Of a stretch of 42,113 nucleotides of DNA, positions 29,164-38,585 are shown piece after piece; positions within the stretch are counted from its first letter, which is position 1; every line of letters begins with the position of its first letter. Source of the stretch: Flavobacteriaceae bacterium (GTDB lineage Bacteria > Bacteroidota > Bacteroidia > Flavobacteriales > Flavobacteriaceae); the NCBI GenBank assembly GCA_018647605.1, contig JABGSU010000208.1, positions 1 to 42,113 of the forward strand, in the 5' to 3' direction. The notes beneath the pieces are model-generated. The model was given only the letters and a program-made list of their open reading frames with translations, searched no databases and had not been told where the DNA came from. Made by a program: the position numbers and the translations under genes.

Positions 29164-30023
29164 TGCAGAAACAACAATACCTAAGGAATCTAATTCAGCT
29201 CAATTTTGCTGTTTTATTGATTAGCACCTCTGGAACCCTTGGAAGGTATATAGATCTTCAGGTGCCACTGATCATTCTTCTTAGGGCTTTCTTAGGTGGT
29301 ATTTTTCTCTATCTGTTTTGCAGATGGAGGAAATTGAGCTTTAATATTAAAAAGAAGGATCGAAAAGTTGTTCTTTTCAGTGGGATATTAATGGGCTTGC
29401 ACTGGATTACCTATTTTATCTCTTTGAAACTATCGAGTGTTGCTATTGGAATGCTTTCTGTTTTCACCTATCCCACTATCACAACTTTTTTAGAACCCTT
29501 GATACTCAAAAGTAAATTTAAAAAATCGGATCTACTTCTAGGGTTAATGGTATTATTAGGGATATATTTTTTAGCTCCCGAATTTAGTCTGGAAAACGAT
29601 CAATTTATAGCCATTGGGTTTGGAGTTTTTTCTGCCTTGTGTTATTCTATCAGGAACATTTATATGAAGTCCAAAGCCACTGAGTACGAGGGGTCTATTT
29701 TGATGGTATATCAATTGATCATTGTTTCCGTTTTGCTGTCTCCCTACTTTTTTATCTCCGAGATGACAGGACTCCAATCATCGATGCCTGCCGTTTTAGT
29801 TTTGGCTTTATTAACCACCGCAACAGGACACACATTGTTCATCTACAGTTTTAGAAATTTTACCATCAGTACTGCTAGTATTATCAGTGGTATTCAACCG
29901 GTCTACGGTATCATCATTGGGATGATCTTTTTGGGGGAATACCCAGCATTAAATACTGTCTTTGGAGGAGTGCTTATTTTAGGAACTGTATTAATTGAAA
30001 GCATACGTAATTTTAAAGCATAA
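29163..30023 (+). CDS. EamA/DMT-superfamily transporter
   Basis: 286-aa ORF with about ten predicted TM helices in two similar halves, typical of EamA-domain permeases. Confidence 0.75.
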   Translation: MQKQQYLRNLIQLNFAVLLISTSGTLGRYIDLQVPLIILLRAFLGGIFLYLFCRWRKLSFNIKKKDRKVVLFSGILMGLHWITYFISLKLSSVAIGMLSVFTYPTITTFLEPLILKSKFKKSDLLLGLMVLLGIYFLAPEFSLENDQFIAIGFGVFSALCYSIRNIYMKSKATEYEGSILMVYQLIIVSVLLSPYFFISEMTGLQSSMPAVLVLALLTTATGHTLFIYSFRNFTISTASIISGIQPVYGIIIGMIFLGEYPALNTVFGGVLILGTVLIESIRNFKA

Positions 30024-30029
30024 GAAAGC

Positions 30030-31592
30030 ATGAAAATTATCACCTTATCACTGATTTTATTTACTCTTTTTAATTGTGAAAAACCCCAACCCAATTTTCT
30101 ATTCATCGTAGTAGATGATTTGGGTTATCGAGATCTCAGCGTGACGGGGAGTGACTTTTATGAAACCCCCAATATAGATAAAATAGCCCAAGAAGGAACT
30201 TTATTCACCCAAGGCTATGCCAATGCATCGGTTTGCAGTCCATCTAGAGCAAGCTTACTTACAGGAGTTTACCCTACAGTTCACGGTATCACGGATTGGA
30301 TTGGGGCGAGATATGGAACGGAATGGAGAGATGTCGGACGTAAGACTCAACTATTGCCCAGTGAATATGTAAAGCATCTCCCTTTTGAAATGACCACTCT
30401 ACCAGAGGTTTTTAAAGCCCAAAAATACAAAACATTTTTTGCTGGAAAATGGCACCTCGGTTCTGTGGAGCAACAATCGCTCCCAACCGACCATGGTTTT
30501 GACATCAACAAAGGGGGCTATCATAAAGGGGGACCTTATACTGGCGGCTATTTTTCTCCATTTAATAACCCCTTTCTAGAAGACAAAACCGAGGAAAAAG
30601 GAATGACACTCTCCATGAAATTAGCTCAAGAAACTGCTAACTTTATCAAGGAACATCCCAATGATCCTTTCTTTGCATATTTGAGTTTTTATGCTGTGCA
30701 TGCCCCAATACAGACCACCCAGGAAAAGTGGATGAAATATCAAAAAAAGACAAAAGATCAAGGGCTACAGGAAGAAGGTTTTACTATGGAAAAAAGACTA
30801 CCCATAAGAATCAAACAAGACAATCCCGTTTATGCCGGTTTATTGGAGCAAACCGACGAAGCGGTAGGTCATGTGCTGAATACTTTAGAAGAATTGAATT
30901 TGGATGATCATACGGTGGTGGTTTTTGTATCGGATAATGGTGGTGTTTCGGCCGGCGATGATTACGCCACAAGCAATCTGCCCCTGAGGGGAGGAAAAGG
31001 CTATCAATGGGAAGCTGGAATCCGTATTCCCTTTTTTATTAAAGCCCCTCAAATTGAGGATCCTGCAAAAAAAGTGGATATTCCTGTAACCGGAGCCGAC
31101 TTATTCCCTACGCTATTGGATTTGGCCGGTATCGAAAATTCAACTGCCGTTGACGGGGAAAGTTTGGTTCCACTCCTCAAAGAAAAATCTTTTGAAGAAC
31201 GTCCTCTTTTTTGGCATTATCCACACTACGGAAATCAGGGAGGAGATCCCAGCGCCATCATAAGAAGAGGAAACTGGAAGCTGATCCACTATTTTGAGGA
31301 TGGGAAAAATGAATTGTACCACCTTGGTGAGGACATGGGAGAAACGATTGATGTTTTTGAACAAAATTCTGAACTGGGAATGACCTTAAAAAATGAGTTG
31401 GAACAATGGCTTAACGACACGAATGCCAAAATTCCCCAAAAAGACCCCCTTCATAATGAGGCAGAGGAAAAAGAATGGCTTGACCAACACAAACAAAAAA
31501 TGAAGCTAAGGGTAGAAAAAAGAAGGGCGTTTCAACTTGATCCCGATTACCTTCCCAATCAAGATTGGTGGGGCAGTCAATCAAGAAATTAA
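30030..31592 (+). CDS. S1 (formylglycine-dependent) sulfatase, lipoprotein
   Basis: 520-aa ORF with a lipoprotein signal (LFNCEK), FIVVDDLGYRDLS and the sulfatase signature CSPSRASLLTG (C-x-P-x-R). Confidence 0.9.
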   Translation: MKIITLSLILFTLFNCEKPQPNFLFIVVDDLGYRDLSVTGSDFYETPNIDKIAQEGTLFTQGYANASVCSPSRASLLTGVYPTVHGITDWIGARYGTEWRDVGRKTQLLPSEYVKHLPFEMTTLPEVFKAQKYKTFFAGKWHLGSVEQQSLPTDHGFDINKGGYHKGGPYTGGYFSPFNNPFLEDKTEEKGMTLSMKLAQETANFIKEHPNDPFFAYLSFYAVHAPIQTTQEKWMKYQKKTKDQGLQEEGFTMEKRLPIRIKQDNPVYAGLLEQTDEAVGHVLNTLEELNLDDHTVVVFVSDNGGVSAGDDYATSNLPLRGGKGYQWEAGIRIPFFIKAPQIEDPAKKVDIPVTGADLFPTLLDLAGIENSTAVDGESLVPLLKEKSFEERPLFWHYPHYGNQGGDPSAIIRRGNWKLIHYFEDGKNELYHLGEDMGETIDVFEQNSELGMTLKNELEQWLNDTNAKIPQKDPLHNEAEEKEWLDQHKQKMKLRVEKRRAFQLDPDYLPNQDWWGSQSRN

Positions 31593-31696
31593 GCACCTAA
31601 TTAATTTAGATAATAGTTTTGTTATGCTATTATTTGAATTTAAAGCATAATTTTAATGATGACGCATTTTTTAAATCAACTCAATAAAAAATAATA

Positions 31697-33442
31697 GTGC
31701 AAAAATCGAAATTTCATCTATTGGTTTTGAGTATGCTATTCCTGATGGCTTGTAAAACGGTCCAAGAAAAAAAGCCAATCAATATCCTTTGGCTGGTAGC
31801 AGAAGATCTAAGCCCATATTACCTCAATGCATTTGGCGACCCAAGAGCACCTACTCCCAATTTGGATCGTCTTGCCCGAGAAGGAGTCGTCTATACCCAT
31901 AATTTTTCTGTTTCGGGTGTTTGTTCCCCCAGCCGTGCTTGCTTGGCCACGGGGCTATACCCCAATTCTTTTGGAGCACAAAACATGCGTACCCTCAACC
32001 AACAACCTGCTAACAGAGGAGTTGGAATTATAGATTATCAAGTCGTTCCACCTCCAGAGGTGAAAATGGTAAGCGAAATCATGCGTGAAAACGGGTACTA
32101 CACAACAAACAATGCCAAGGAAGATTATCAATTTTTTAAATCAGAACTGGCTTGGGACGAATCCAGCGTATATGCACATTGGAGAAATAGACCCAATCAA
32201 GAAACTCCTTTTTTCTCTGTTTTTAATTTTGGGGTAACTCATGAGTCTAATATGTGGAATTATAAAAAACAACTCTTTGATGGAGATGAATTTCCACCCC
32301 ATCGAAACATCAAGAAAAGAAAGGGGAAAAATGTAAAATCAAATGTAACTTTATTGGTTCCTGAGGATCTAAAAGTGGAAGTTCCCCCCTATCTGCCACA
32401 AAATGAGATTGGAAAAAATGCCATGAGACGCATGTATACCAATATCATTAGAATGGACCGAGGAGTAGGAATCATTCTTGACCAGCTAGAAAAGGATGGA
32501 TTACTGGATCAAACCATCGTTGTTTGGTATTCCGACCACGGCGGGCCTCTGCCTCGACAAAAAAGACTCCTCTATGACTCAGGACTTAGAGTGCCCCTTA
32601 TCATAAGATATCCAAATAAGCAAAGAGCTGGAGAAAGAGACGATCGACTGACCAGTTTTGTCGATTTCCCCCCTACATTGCTTTCTATGGCAGGAATTGC
32701 ACCCCCGAGCTATATGCAAGGACTAGCTTTTGAAGGTAAGTTTAAATCCGAAAAACCAAGAACTTTTATTCACGGTCATGCCGATCGTTTTGATGAAAGC
32801 GTTGATATGATTCGTGCGGTTAGAAATCGAAAATTTAAATATTTAAAAAATTTTCACCCCAACCGACCCTACTATCTCCCTTTGGCCTATCGTGAGCAAA
32901 TGGAAGTAATGCAAGAGTTATTACGCTTGCGGGATGCGGGTGAACTTAATAAAGTTCAAGCCCAATGGTTCAGACAATCCAAAGAAGTTGAAGAGCTTTT
33001 TGATATACAAAATGATCCCCATGAACTCAATAATATAGTAAATGACCCCGCCTATGCTACGGTATTGGATAGACTCAGAGAAGAATGTGATCGATGGATG
33101 AAAAGCATTGACGACAAGGGGTTTATCAATGAAGTAGGTTTAATCATGGATTTTTATCCCAATGGAAAAGCTCAATTGACAACGGCTCCCAAAATCGAAT
33201 TCAAAGACGAAAAAGTATCTGTTAGTGCAACAACCCCAGGAGCCCAAATAGGGTATCGTTACATTTCTGAAAAAGCTCCCTACAGGGGTTGGAAACATTA
33301 CAAAGGACCCATTGAAGAAAAAGCGAATGACACATTAGAAATCATTGCCCACCGTTTGGGGTTTAAATATGCAATCACCACTGTTGTTGATGGAGTCATT
33401 AAAAAAACAATCCATCCTCCAAATCGACATGATAAAAAATAA
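31697..33442 (+). CDS. S1 (formylglycine-dependent) sulfatase, lipoprotein, with a C-terminal extension
   Basis: 581-aa ORF with a GTG start at 31697, needed to give a full signal peptide (MQKSKFHLLVLSMLFLMACKT). It has the sulfatase signature CSPSRACLATG. Confidence 0.88.
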   Translation: MQKSKFHLLVLSMLFLMACKTVQEKKPINILWLVAEDLSPYYLNAFGDPRAPTPNLDRLAREGVVYTHNFSVSGVCSPSRACLATGLYPNSFGAQNMRTLNQQPANRGVGIIDYQVVPPPEVKMVSEIMRENGYYTTNNAKEDYQFFKSELAWDESSVYAHWRNRPNQETPFFSVFNFGVTHESNMWNYKKQLFDGDEFPPHRNIKKRKGKNVKSNVTLLVPEDLKVEVPPYLPQNEIGKNAMRRMYTNIIRMDRGVGIILDQLEKDGLLDQTIVVWYSDHGGPLPRQKRLLYDSGLRVPLIIRYPNKQRAGERDDRLTSFVDFPPTLLSMAGIAPPSYMQGLAFEGKFKSEKPRTFIHGHADRFDESVDMIRAVRNRKFKYLKNFHPNRPYYLPLAYREQMEVMQELLRLRDAGELNKVQAQWFRQSKEVEELFDIQNDPHELNNIVNDPAYATVLDRLREECDRWMKSIDDKGFINEVGLIMDFYPNGKAQLTTAPKIEFKDEKVSVSATTPGAQIGYRYISEKAPYRGWKHYKGPIEEKANDTLEIIAHRLGFKYAITTVVDGVIKKTIHPPNRHDKK

Positions 33443-33510
33443 GAACCCAGTGGACAAAATAAACCTGAAAATGATGCAAAGCATTAAAGCAACTTTTAAA
33501 AACTTAATCA

Positions 33511-34785
33511 ATGAAAAATAACAGAAGACAATTTGTAAAACAAACGGTAGTAGCTTTTGCGGGGTTGAGTATCGTTCCCCGTCATGTTTTGGGAAAAGGG
33601 TTTACGGCTCCTAGTGATCGTTTTAACGTTGGTGTTATTGGGACTGGAGCTCAAGCCAATGGGCTACTTAAGCGTATTTCGAAAATTCCGCTAGCACGGG
33701 TCATCGCTGGATGTGATGTTCACCAAAATCGATTGGTCAAATTCACCAAATCAGTGGAAGAACAATATCAAAAAAATGGAATTAAGGGAACTGTATCAGT
33801 ATATGAAGATTACCATAAGATGCTGGAAAACAAAGATATAGATGGTGTGGTAGTCAGTACTCCCGACCACTGGCACGCCATTCCCTCTATCGATGCCATG
33901 AAAGCGGGCAAGCACGTTTATTGCGAAAAACCAATGTCTCATACTATTAACGAGGGGAGAATGATGGAAAAAGCAGCACGAAAATACGAACGTGTACTAC
34001 AAACAGGAAGTATGCAACGGTCCAGAGCCGATTTTAGAAAGGCCTGTGAATTGGTACGCAATGGGTATTTGGGGAAAATAGAAAAAGTATGGGTCGAAGT
34101 AGGAAATCCCTCTGCACCTTGTAACCTACCCTATCAACCCACTCCCAATTATTTGAACTGGGAACAATGGTTGGGTCCTGCTCCACTAAGATCTTATCAC
34201 AAAATAATTGTAGAGGCCAGTTGGTTTCCCGATTGGAGATGGTATCGTGAATACGGCGGTGGAATATTATCCGACTGGGGAGCTCATATGTTTGATATAG
34301 TCCAATGGGCATTGGGAATGGATCACAGTGGGCCTATTAAATATGAGGCCCCAATTGAACCCACTGCTTCACGCCGGTTAAAAATGTTTTACGAAAATGG
34401 AATTGAGGTGGAACACCGAAATTTTGGACGAGGCTTTGGAGTTCGTTTCTTTGGAACCGAAGGGACAATGGACATCAGTCGTGGTTATTTCGAAACCTCC
34501 CAAAAAGAGTTGGTGGACATTGAATTAAAATCTACCGACGATCGACTCTACGTATCCACAAGTCATGAAACCGATTGGGTCAACTCCGCTAAATCGGGCT
34601 CGAAACCCATTTGTGATGCAGAAGTGGGGCATCGAACCGCTACCATTTGTCACATTGCCAATCTAGCTTATGAATTCAGAAGACCATTGGAATGGGACAC
34701 TGTTAAGGAAGAATTTAAGGATGACTTTGAAGCCAACTTAAGACGTGGAAAACATTACAGAAAACCTTATGAATTATCCCTTTAA
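33511..34785 (+). CDS. TAT-exported Gfo/Idh/MocA-family NAD(P)-dependent oxidoreductase
   Basis: 424-aa ORF with the twin-arginine motif NRRQFVKQT, a Rossmann start (VGVIGTGAQANG) and the EKP motif (VYCEKPM) of the Gfo/Idh/MocA family. Confidence 0.8.
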   Translation: MKNNRRQFVKQTVVAFAGLSIVPRHVLGKGFTAPSDRFNVGVIGTGAQANGLLKRISKIPLARVIAGCDVHQNRLVKFTKSVEEQYQKNGIKGTVSVYEDYHKMLENKDIDGVVVSTPDHWHAIPSIDAMKAGKHVYCEKPMSHTINEGRMMEKAARKYERVLQTGSMQRSRADFRKACELVRNGYLGKIEKVWVEVGNPSAPCNLPYQPTPNYLNWEQWLGPAPLRSYHKIIVEASWFPDWRWYREYGGGILSDWGAHMFDIVQWALGMDHSGPIKYEAPIEPTASRRLKMFYENGIEVEHRNFGRGFGVRFFGTEGTMDISRGYFETSQKELVDIELKSTDDRLYVSTSHETDWVNSAKSGSKPICDAEVGHRTATICHIANLAYEFRRPLEWDTVKEEFKDDFEANLRRGKHYRKPYELSL

Positions 34786-34821
34786 AATTAAAATTGAATT
34801 TATTTTAAAAACCTATAAATA

Positions 34822-35637
34822 ATGTTACGATTTCTTTTTATCACGATTTTTGTTCTATTGTATCAAACCGATTACATTACTGTAATTTCCTATAATATAC
34901 GCTACAACAATCCCGAAGATGGAAGGAATATATGGGAAAATCGCAGTAGTACGGTGGCGGCTTTACTAAATGAACAAAACATGGATTTTGTAGGCTTACA
35001 AGAGGTCGTCTATCCTCAATTGAAGGATTTGGTTCAGGCATTAGAGACTTATGATTATATCGGTGTAGGAAGAGAAGACGGGAAAACCAAAGGAGAATAC
35101 GCTCCTATTTTCTATAAAAAAGACAAATACAAACTATTGAAATCCAATACCTTTTGGTTGTCCGAAACTCCCGATAGTATTTCCAAAGGGTGGGATGCTT
35201 CTTTGGAGCGCATCTGTACTTACGGCCTATTCCAGAATCAAATGACCCAAGAAAAGATTTGGGTTTTCAATACTCATTTTGATCACAAAGGTATAGAGGC
35301 AAGAATCGAATCGGTCGACCTAATCATCGAAAGAATTAAAGTGTTAAATTCGGATAACCTACCCCTAGTAATTACAGGAGATTTTAACCTGACCCCAGAG
35401 GCAACTCCCATTAGAAAAATGCAGTCCCACTTTCTCGACGTTCAAAAAAATCTTCCTGAAAATGATCCCTACTACGCAACCTCTAACAACTTCAATACTG
35501 AAAAAAAAGTAGGAAATAGGATTGATTATGTTTTTGTCAAGGGCTTAAAGGTGCATTCGGCAAAACACCTCTACCAAAAAACTCCCATCGGAGGGTGGGC
35601 TTCAGATCACCATCCAGTTTTCGTCAAACTACAATAG
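34822..35637 (+). CDS. endonuclease/exonuclease/phosphatase (EEP) family protein, secreted
   Basis: 271-aa ORF. SYNIRY near the N-terminus, GLQEV, GDFN and a C-terminal SDHHPV are the conserved EEP-fold catalytic motifs. Confidence 0.8.
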   Translation: MLRFLFITIFVLLYQTDYITVISYNIRYNNPEDGRNIWENRSSTVAALLNEQNMDFVGLQEVVYPQLKDLVQALETYDYIGVGREDGKTKGEYAPIFYKKDKYKLLKSNTFWLSETPDSISKGWDASLERICTYGLFQNQMTQEKIWVFNTHFDHKGIEARIESVDLIIERIKVLNSDNLPLVITGDFNLTPEATPIRKMQSHFLDVQKNLPENDPYYATSNNFNTEKKVGNRIDYVFVKGLKVHSAKHLYQKTPIGGWASDHHPVFVKLQ

Positions 35638-35645
35638 TCGTAACA

Positions 35646-35675
35646 TAAAAAAACTTCCAATTTGGAGGTTTTTTA
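35646..35675. terminator. putative bidirectional terminator between convergent genes
   Basis: AAAAACTTCCA-ATT-TGGAGGTTTTTT: a short hairpin with one G.U pair, flanked by an A-run and a T-run. It lies between the EEP gene (+) and the symporter gene (-). Confidence 0.45.
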
Positions 35676-35734
35676 TGAAATGAAAAGATTATTTCTCTTA
35701 ATTGGAATTTGAATTCCTTTACTGATTTTTTCAG

Positions 35735-37276
35735 CTAATGAAATAGGAAGTGGAGTAAAATCAGACTTAAAAATAAGATTACTCCTAAATAATAATTTTT
35801 TACAGAAGAGGCTTTTGCAATTGAACTCAGTTTTATTCTTCTTTTGAAGTTGAAAAAAAATGCTAAGGTCAGACCCAAAAAAATAACCCAAAAAGCACGG
35901 ACAAAATAATTCATCTCAGGAAGCAAGGATTGAAGGATCAGGTTGGTGGGCAAAGTGATTAGGAAAGCCAATAAAATGATTCTAAGCTTGGGTTTCACAA
36001 AAAGGAGGGAACTACAAATCAATACAACAATACCGCAGTTGATATAATATCTCAAATTATTGAGTGTATGGGTAAATGCTGAATCGGGATTGTCAAATTT
36101 TAAATATAATAAAATCAGCCCCATGGTTAGCCCTGAAAAAAGACAAAATACTATGGCCCTTTTTCCAGCGTTAATTTTATCCGGATCTGTAGCTTTTTTA
36201 TTGATATATTTTGAATAGATATCGATGGACCAAAGGGTAGCCAATGAATTAAAAGTAGAATCGAGTGTACTCATCAAAGAAGCAAAAAGTCCACAAAGAA
36301 CAATACCTTTTACCCCTATCGGAAGATAGGTTTTTACGATATAGGGAAAAGCCAAGTCGGGCTCCCCCAAACTGTCTCCCAAAATTCCATACAGAGCTAT
36401 CCCAGGAATAACAATAATGACTGCCATAAAATATTTAATCAGCCCCCCGACCATCAAGCCTGTCTGAGCCTGAGAAAGAGACTTGGCGGCAATGGCTCTT
36501 TGCATTACAGTTTGATTGGCACACCAATAATTGATGTTCAAAAAGAAAAGTCCAAATAGATGAGTCCAGGGAAGGGTCGAATGATCGGCTGGTAAATGGA
36601 GGTGCATTTTTTCGGGTGTTTTGACATACAATTGTTCCCAACCTCCCAGATTTTTTACGGCAATAAAACACACGATGATCCCACTGATCATAAGTATTGA
36701 AAACTGAATAATATCGGTTCTGACCACAGCACTCAAACCTCCAAAATAGGTATAGATGGCAGAGAAAATTCCCAAAAAAACAATAAGCATGGCAATTCTT
36801 ATGATTCGATTTTCGTGTAAAAAAGACAATTCATTGGCAAAAACCATATCTGCTGCATAGGCCCCCCAAAAAAGAGCCGCGCCAAGGGTGACCGTTGAAA
36901 ACAACGCCATATTACTAAAAGAGTAAAAAAGTGCAATTTTTTGTCCGAGTTTGAGGGAAATGAATTCTGTAATCGTGGTAATTTTTTCTTTGAGGAAAAG
37001 AGGCACAAAAACAAAGGCAGCGATCAGAATGCCCTGAACTGCATTGATTTCCAAATTGGCTTGTGCCAAGCCATACAGATAAGCAGAGCCCATCATACCC
37101 AAAAATTGATAACCGCTCACATTGGTGGCAATGGTGGAAAGTGCAATGGAATACCATTTCAACCCTCTGTTGCTCAAAAAGTAGGACTCGGCAGTGCTGG
37201 TTTTAACCCCCTTTACGCGCAGGGCAATCATCATGATGATGATCAAATAAGATATGACAATCAAAAAATCAAGCAT
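35735..37276 (-). CDS. sodium:solute symporter (SSS) family transporter
   Basis: 513-aa ORF with about 13 TM helices. The N-terminal region (YFLSNRGLKWYSIALSTIATNVSGYQFLG) is typical of SSS transporters. Confidence 0.8.
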   Translation of the reverse strand: MLDFLIVISYLIIIMMIALRVKGVKTSTAESYFLSNRGLKWYSIALSTIATNVSGYQFLGMMGSAYLYGLAQANLEINAVQGILIAAFVFVPLFLKEKITTITEFISLKLGQKIALFYSFSNMALFSTVTLGAALFWGAYAADMVFANELSFLHENRIIRIAMLIVFLGIFSAIYTYFGGLSAVVRTDIIQFSILMISGIIVCFIAVKNLGGWEQLYVKTPEKMHLHLPADHSTLPWTHLFGLFFLNINYWCANQTVMQRAIAAKSLSQAQTGLMVGGLIKYFMAVIIVIPGIALYGILGDSLGEPDLAFPYIVKTYLPIGVKGIVLCGLFASLMSTLDSTFNSLATLWSIDIYSKYINKKATDPDKINAGKRAIVFCLFSGLTMGLILLYLKFDNPDSAFTHTLNNLRYYINCGIVVLICSSLLFVKPKLRIILLAFLITLPTNLILQSLLPEMNYFVRAFWVIFLGLTLAFFFNFKRRIKLSSIAKASSVKNYYLGVILFLSLILLHFLFH

Positions 37277-37282
37277 TGTTTA

Positions 37283-38419
37283 TCAATTTCTGGACGCCAA
37301 ACCCAATGGTGTATCGGGAGTAGATGAGGGCACTCTCCCCATAAGCTGTGGCAGATGGGTTTTTTCAAATCTCGGAAGGACGTATTTGGCAAAATGTTCA
37401 CATTCGTTTTGGTGAGGATAGCCCGACAGTATAAATGCTGAAACACCAAGATCCATATAGGCTTTTAATTTTTGGTAAACCTGGTCGGGGTTTCCAACAA
37501 TTGCCGCTCCACATCCCGATCTCGCCAATCCAATACCCGTCCATAGGTTTGGCTCGGCATAAAAATCTTTATCGGAAATGGCTCTCAATTCAGACTGCAT
37601 GGCCACCCCCAAAGATTGGGCATCCTGTGCTCTATTTTTGATTTCGGTTCCTAGTTTTAAATCTAGTTTTGAAATCAGTCGATGGGCATATTCCTGAGCT
37701 TCGCGTTCGGTTTCCCTGACAATGACATGGACTCGTAAACCAAAGCGAACTTCCCTAGAATAATGGGCTGCCTTTTGCTTCATATTGTCTATAAATCCCT
37801 TTATTTTCTTAAGAGTATCTGGCCACATAAGGTAAACATCACAAAATTCTGCACAGAGATCCACTCCTGCCTCAGAATAACCTCCAAAATAGAGTAAAGG
37901 TCCTCCATTTTGTTGATAAGGTTTTACTGGAGCAGTTGGCAGTTGAAAGTTGTAAAAATCTCCCTTAAAATTGATCTCATCTGCTGTCCATGCTTGTTTT
38001 AATATTTGAATTACTTCCCTTGATCTCGCATAGCGATCCAATGAATCCATCTGCATACCTGGTAAGTTGGAAGAAATAATATTCAGTGTCAATCTCCCTT
38101 TAAGTATATGATCTAAAGTGGCGATGGTTCTGGCCAGCATAGGGGGGTGTAACTCTCCACAACGGATGGCAGCCAAAAAATTAATGTTTTGGGTAATAGA
38201 AGTCATCGCAGCAACAAATGATAAAGTATCCTGCCCTACTTGATAGGAAGAAGGACACAATACATTGGCATATCCCAATTCATCGGCAGTTTTAATGATC
38301 TTAGAGGTGTTTTCCCAACTGCTTTTATACTGGTCATCTCTAAGCCCTAAAAGCTGATCATCTCCATCGCAAATGGGGGCAAACCATGAAATTTCTGCCC
38401 CTTCAGTTTTGTCATTCAT
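37283..38419 (-). CDS. LLM-class FMNH2-dependent monooxygenase, SsuD (alkanesulfonate monooxygenase)-like
   Basis: 378-aa ORF. Several blocks match my recollection of E. coli SsuD: SWFAPICDGDDQLLG vs FWFLPTHGDGHYLG, RFGLRVHVIVRETEREAQEYAHRLISKLD vs [29 protein letters not shown], and PNLWTGIGLARSGCGAAIVGNP...FILSGYPH vs [22 protein letters not shown]...FVLSGYPH. Confidence 0.75.
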   Translation of the reverse strand: MNDKTEGAEISWFAPICDGDDQLLGLRDDQYKSSWENTSKIIKTADELGYANVLCPSSYQVGQDTLSFVAAMTSITQNINFLAAIRCGELHPPMLARTIATLDHILKGRLTLNIISSNLPGMQMDSLDRYARSREVIQILKQAWTADEINFKGDFYNFQLPTAPVKPYQQNGGPLLYFGGYSEAGVDLCAEFCDVYLMWPDTLKKIKGFIDNMKQKAAHYSREVRFGLRVHVIVRETEREAQEYAHRLISKLDLKLGTEIKNRAQDAQSLGVAMQSELRAISDKDFYAEPNLWTGIGLARSGCGAAIVGNPDQVYQKLKAYMDLGVSAFILSGYPHQNECEHFAKYVLPRFEKTHLPQLMGRVPSSTPDTPLGLASRN

Positions 38420-38585
38420 TCTGTATTCTTTTTAATTTTTCAAATCCTGTGGAATGGAAATGTCAAATTCATTATCAGTATGTTTTAAAAACTGGGAAAA
38501 GAATCAGACAAAGATTTATTAAAATTAGTTAAAATTGATTGAAATACTGTGGCAAATAATCAAGGAAAAAAGTTTGAGTAGTTGA

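Noticed and set aside
35673-35891. 72-aa minus-strand ORF overlapping the 3' end of the symporter gene in another frame.
   Set aside because: It overlaps the well-supported SSS transporter ORF on the same strand and spans the terminator hairpin, and it has no motif support.
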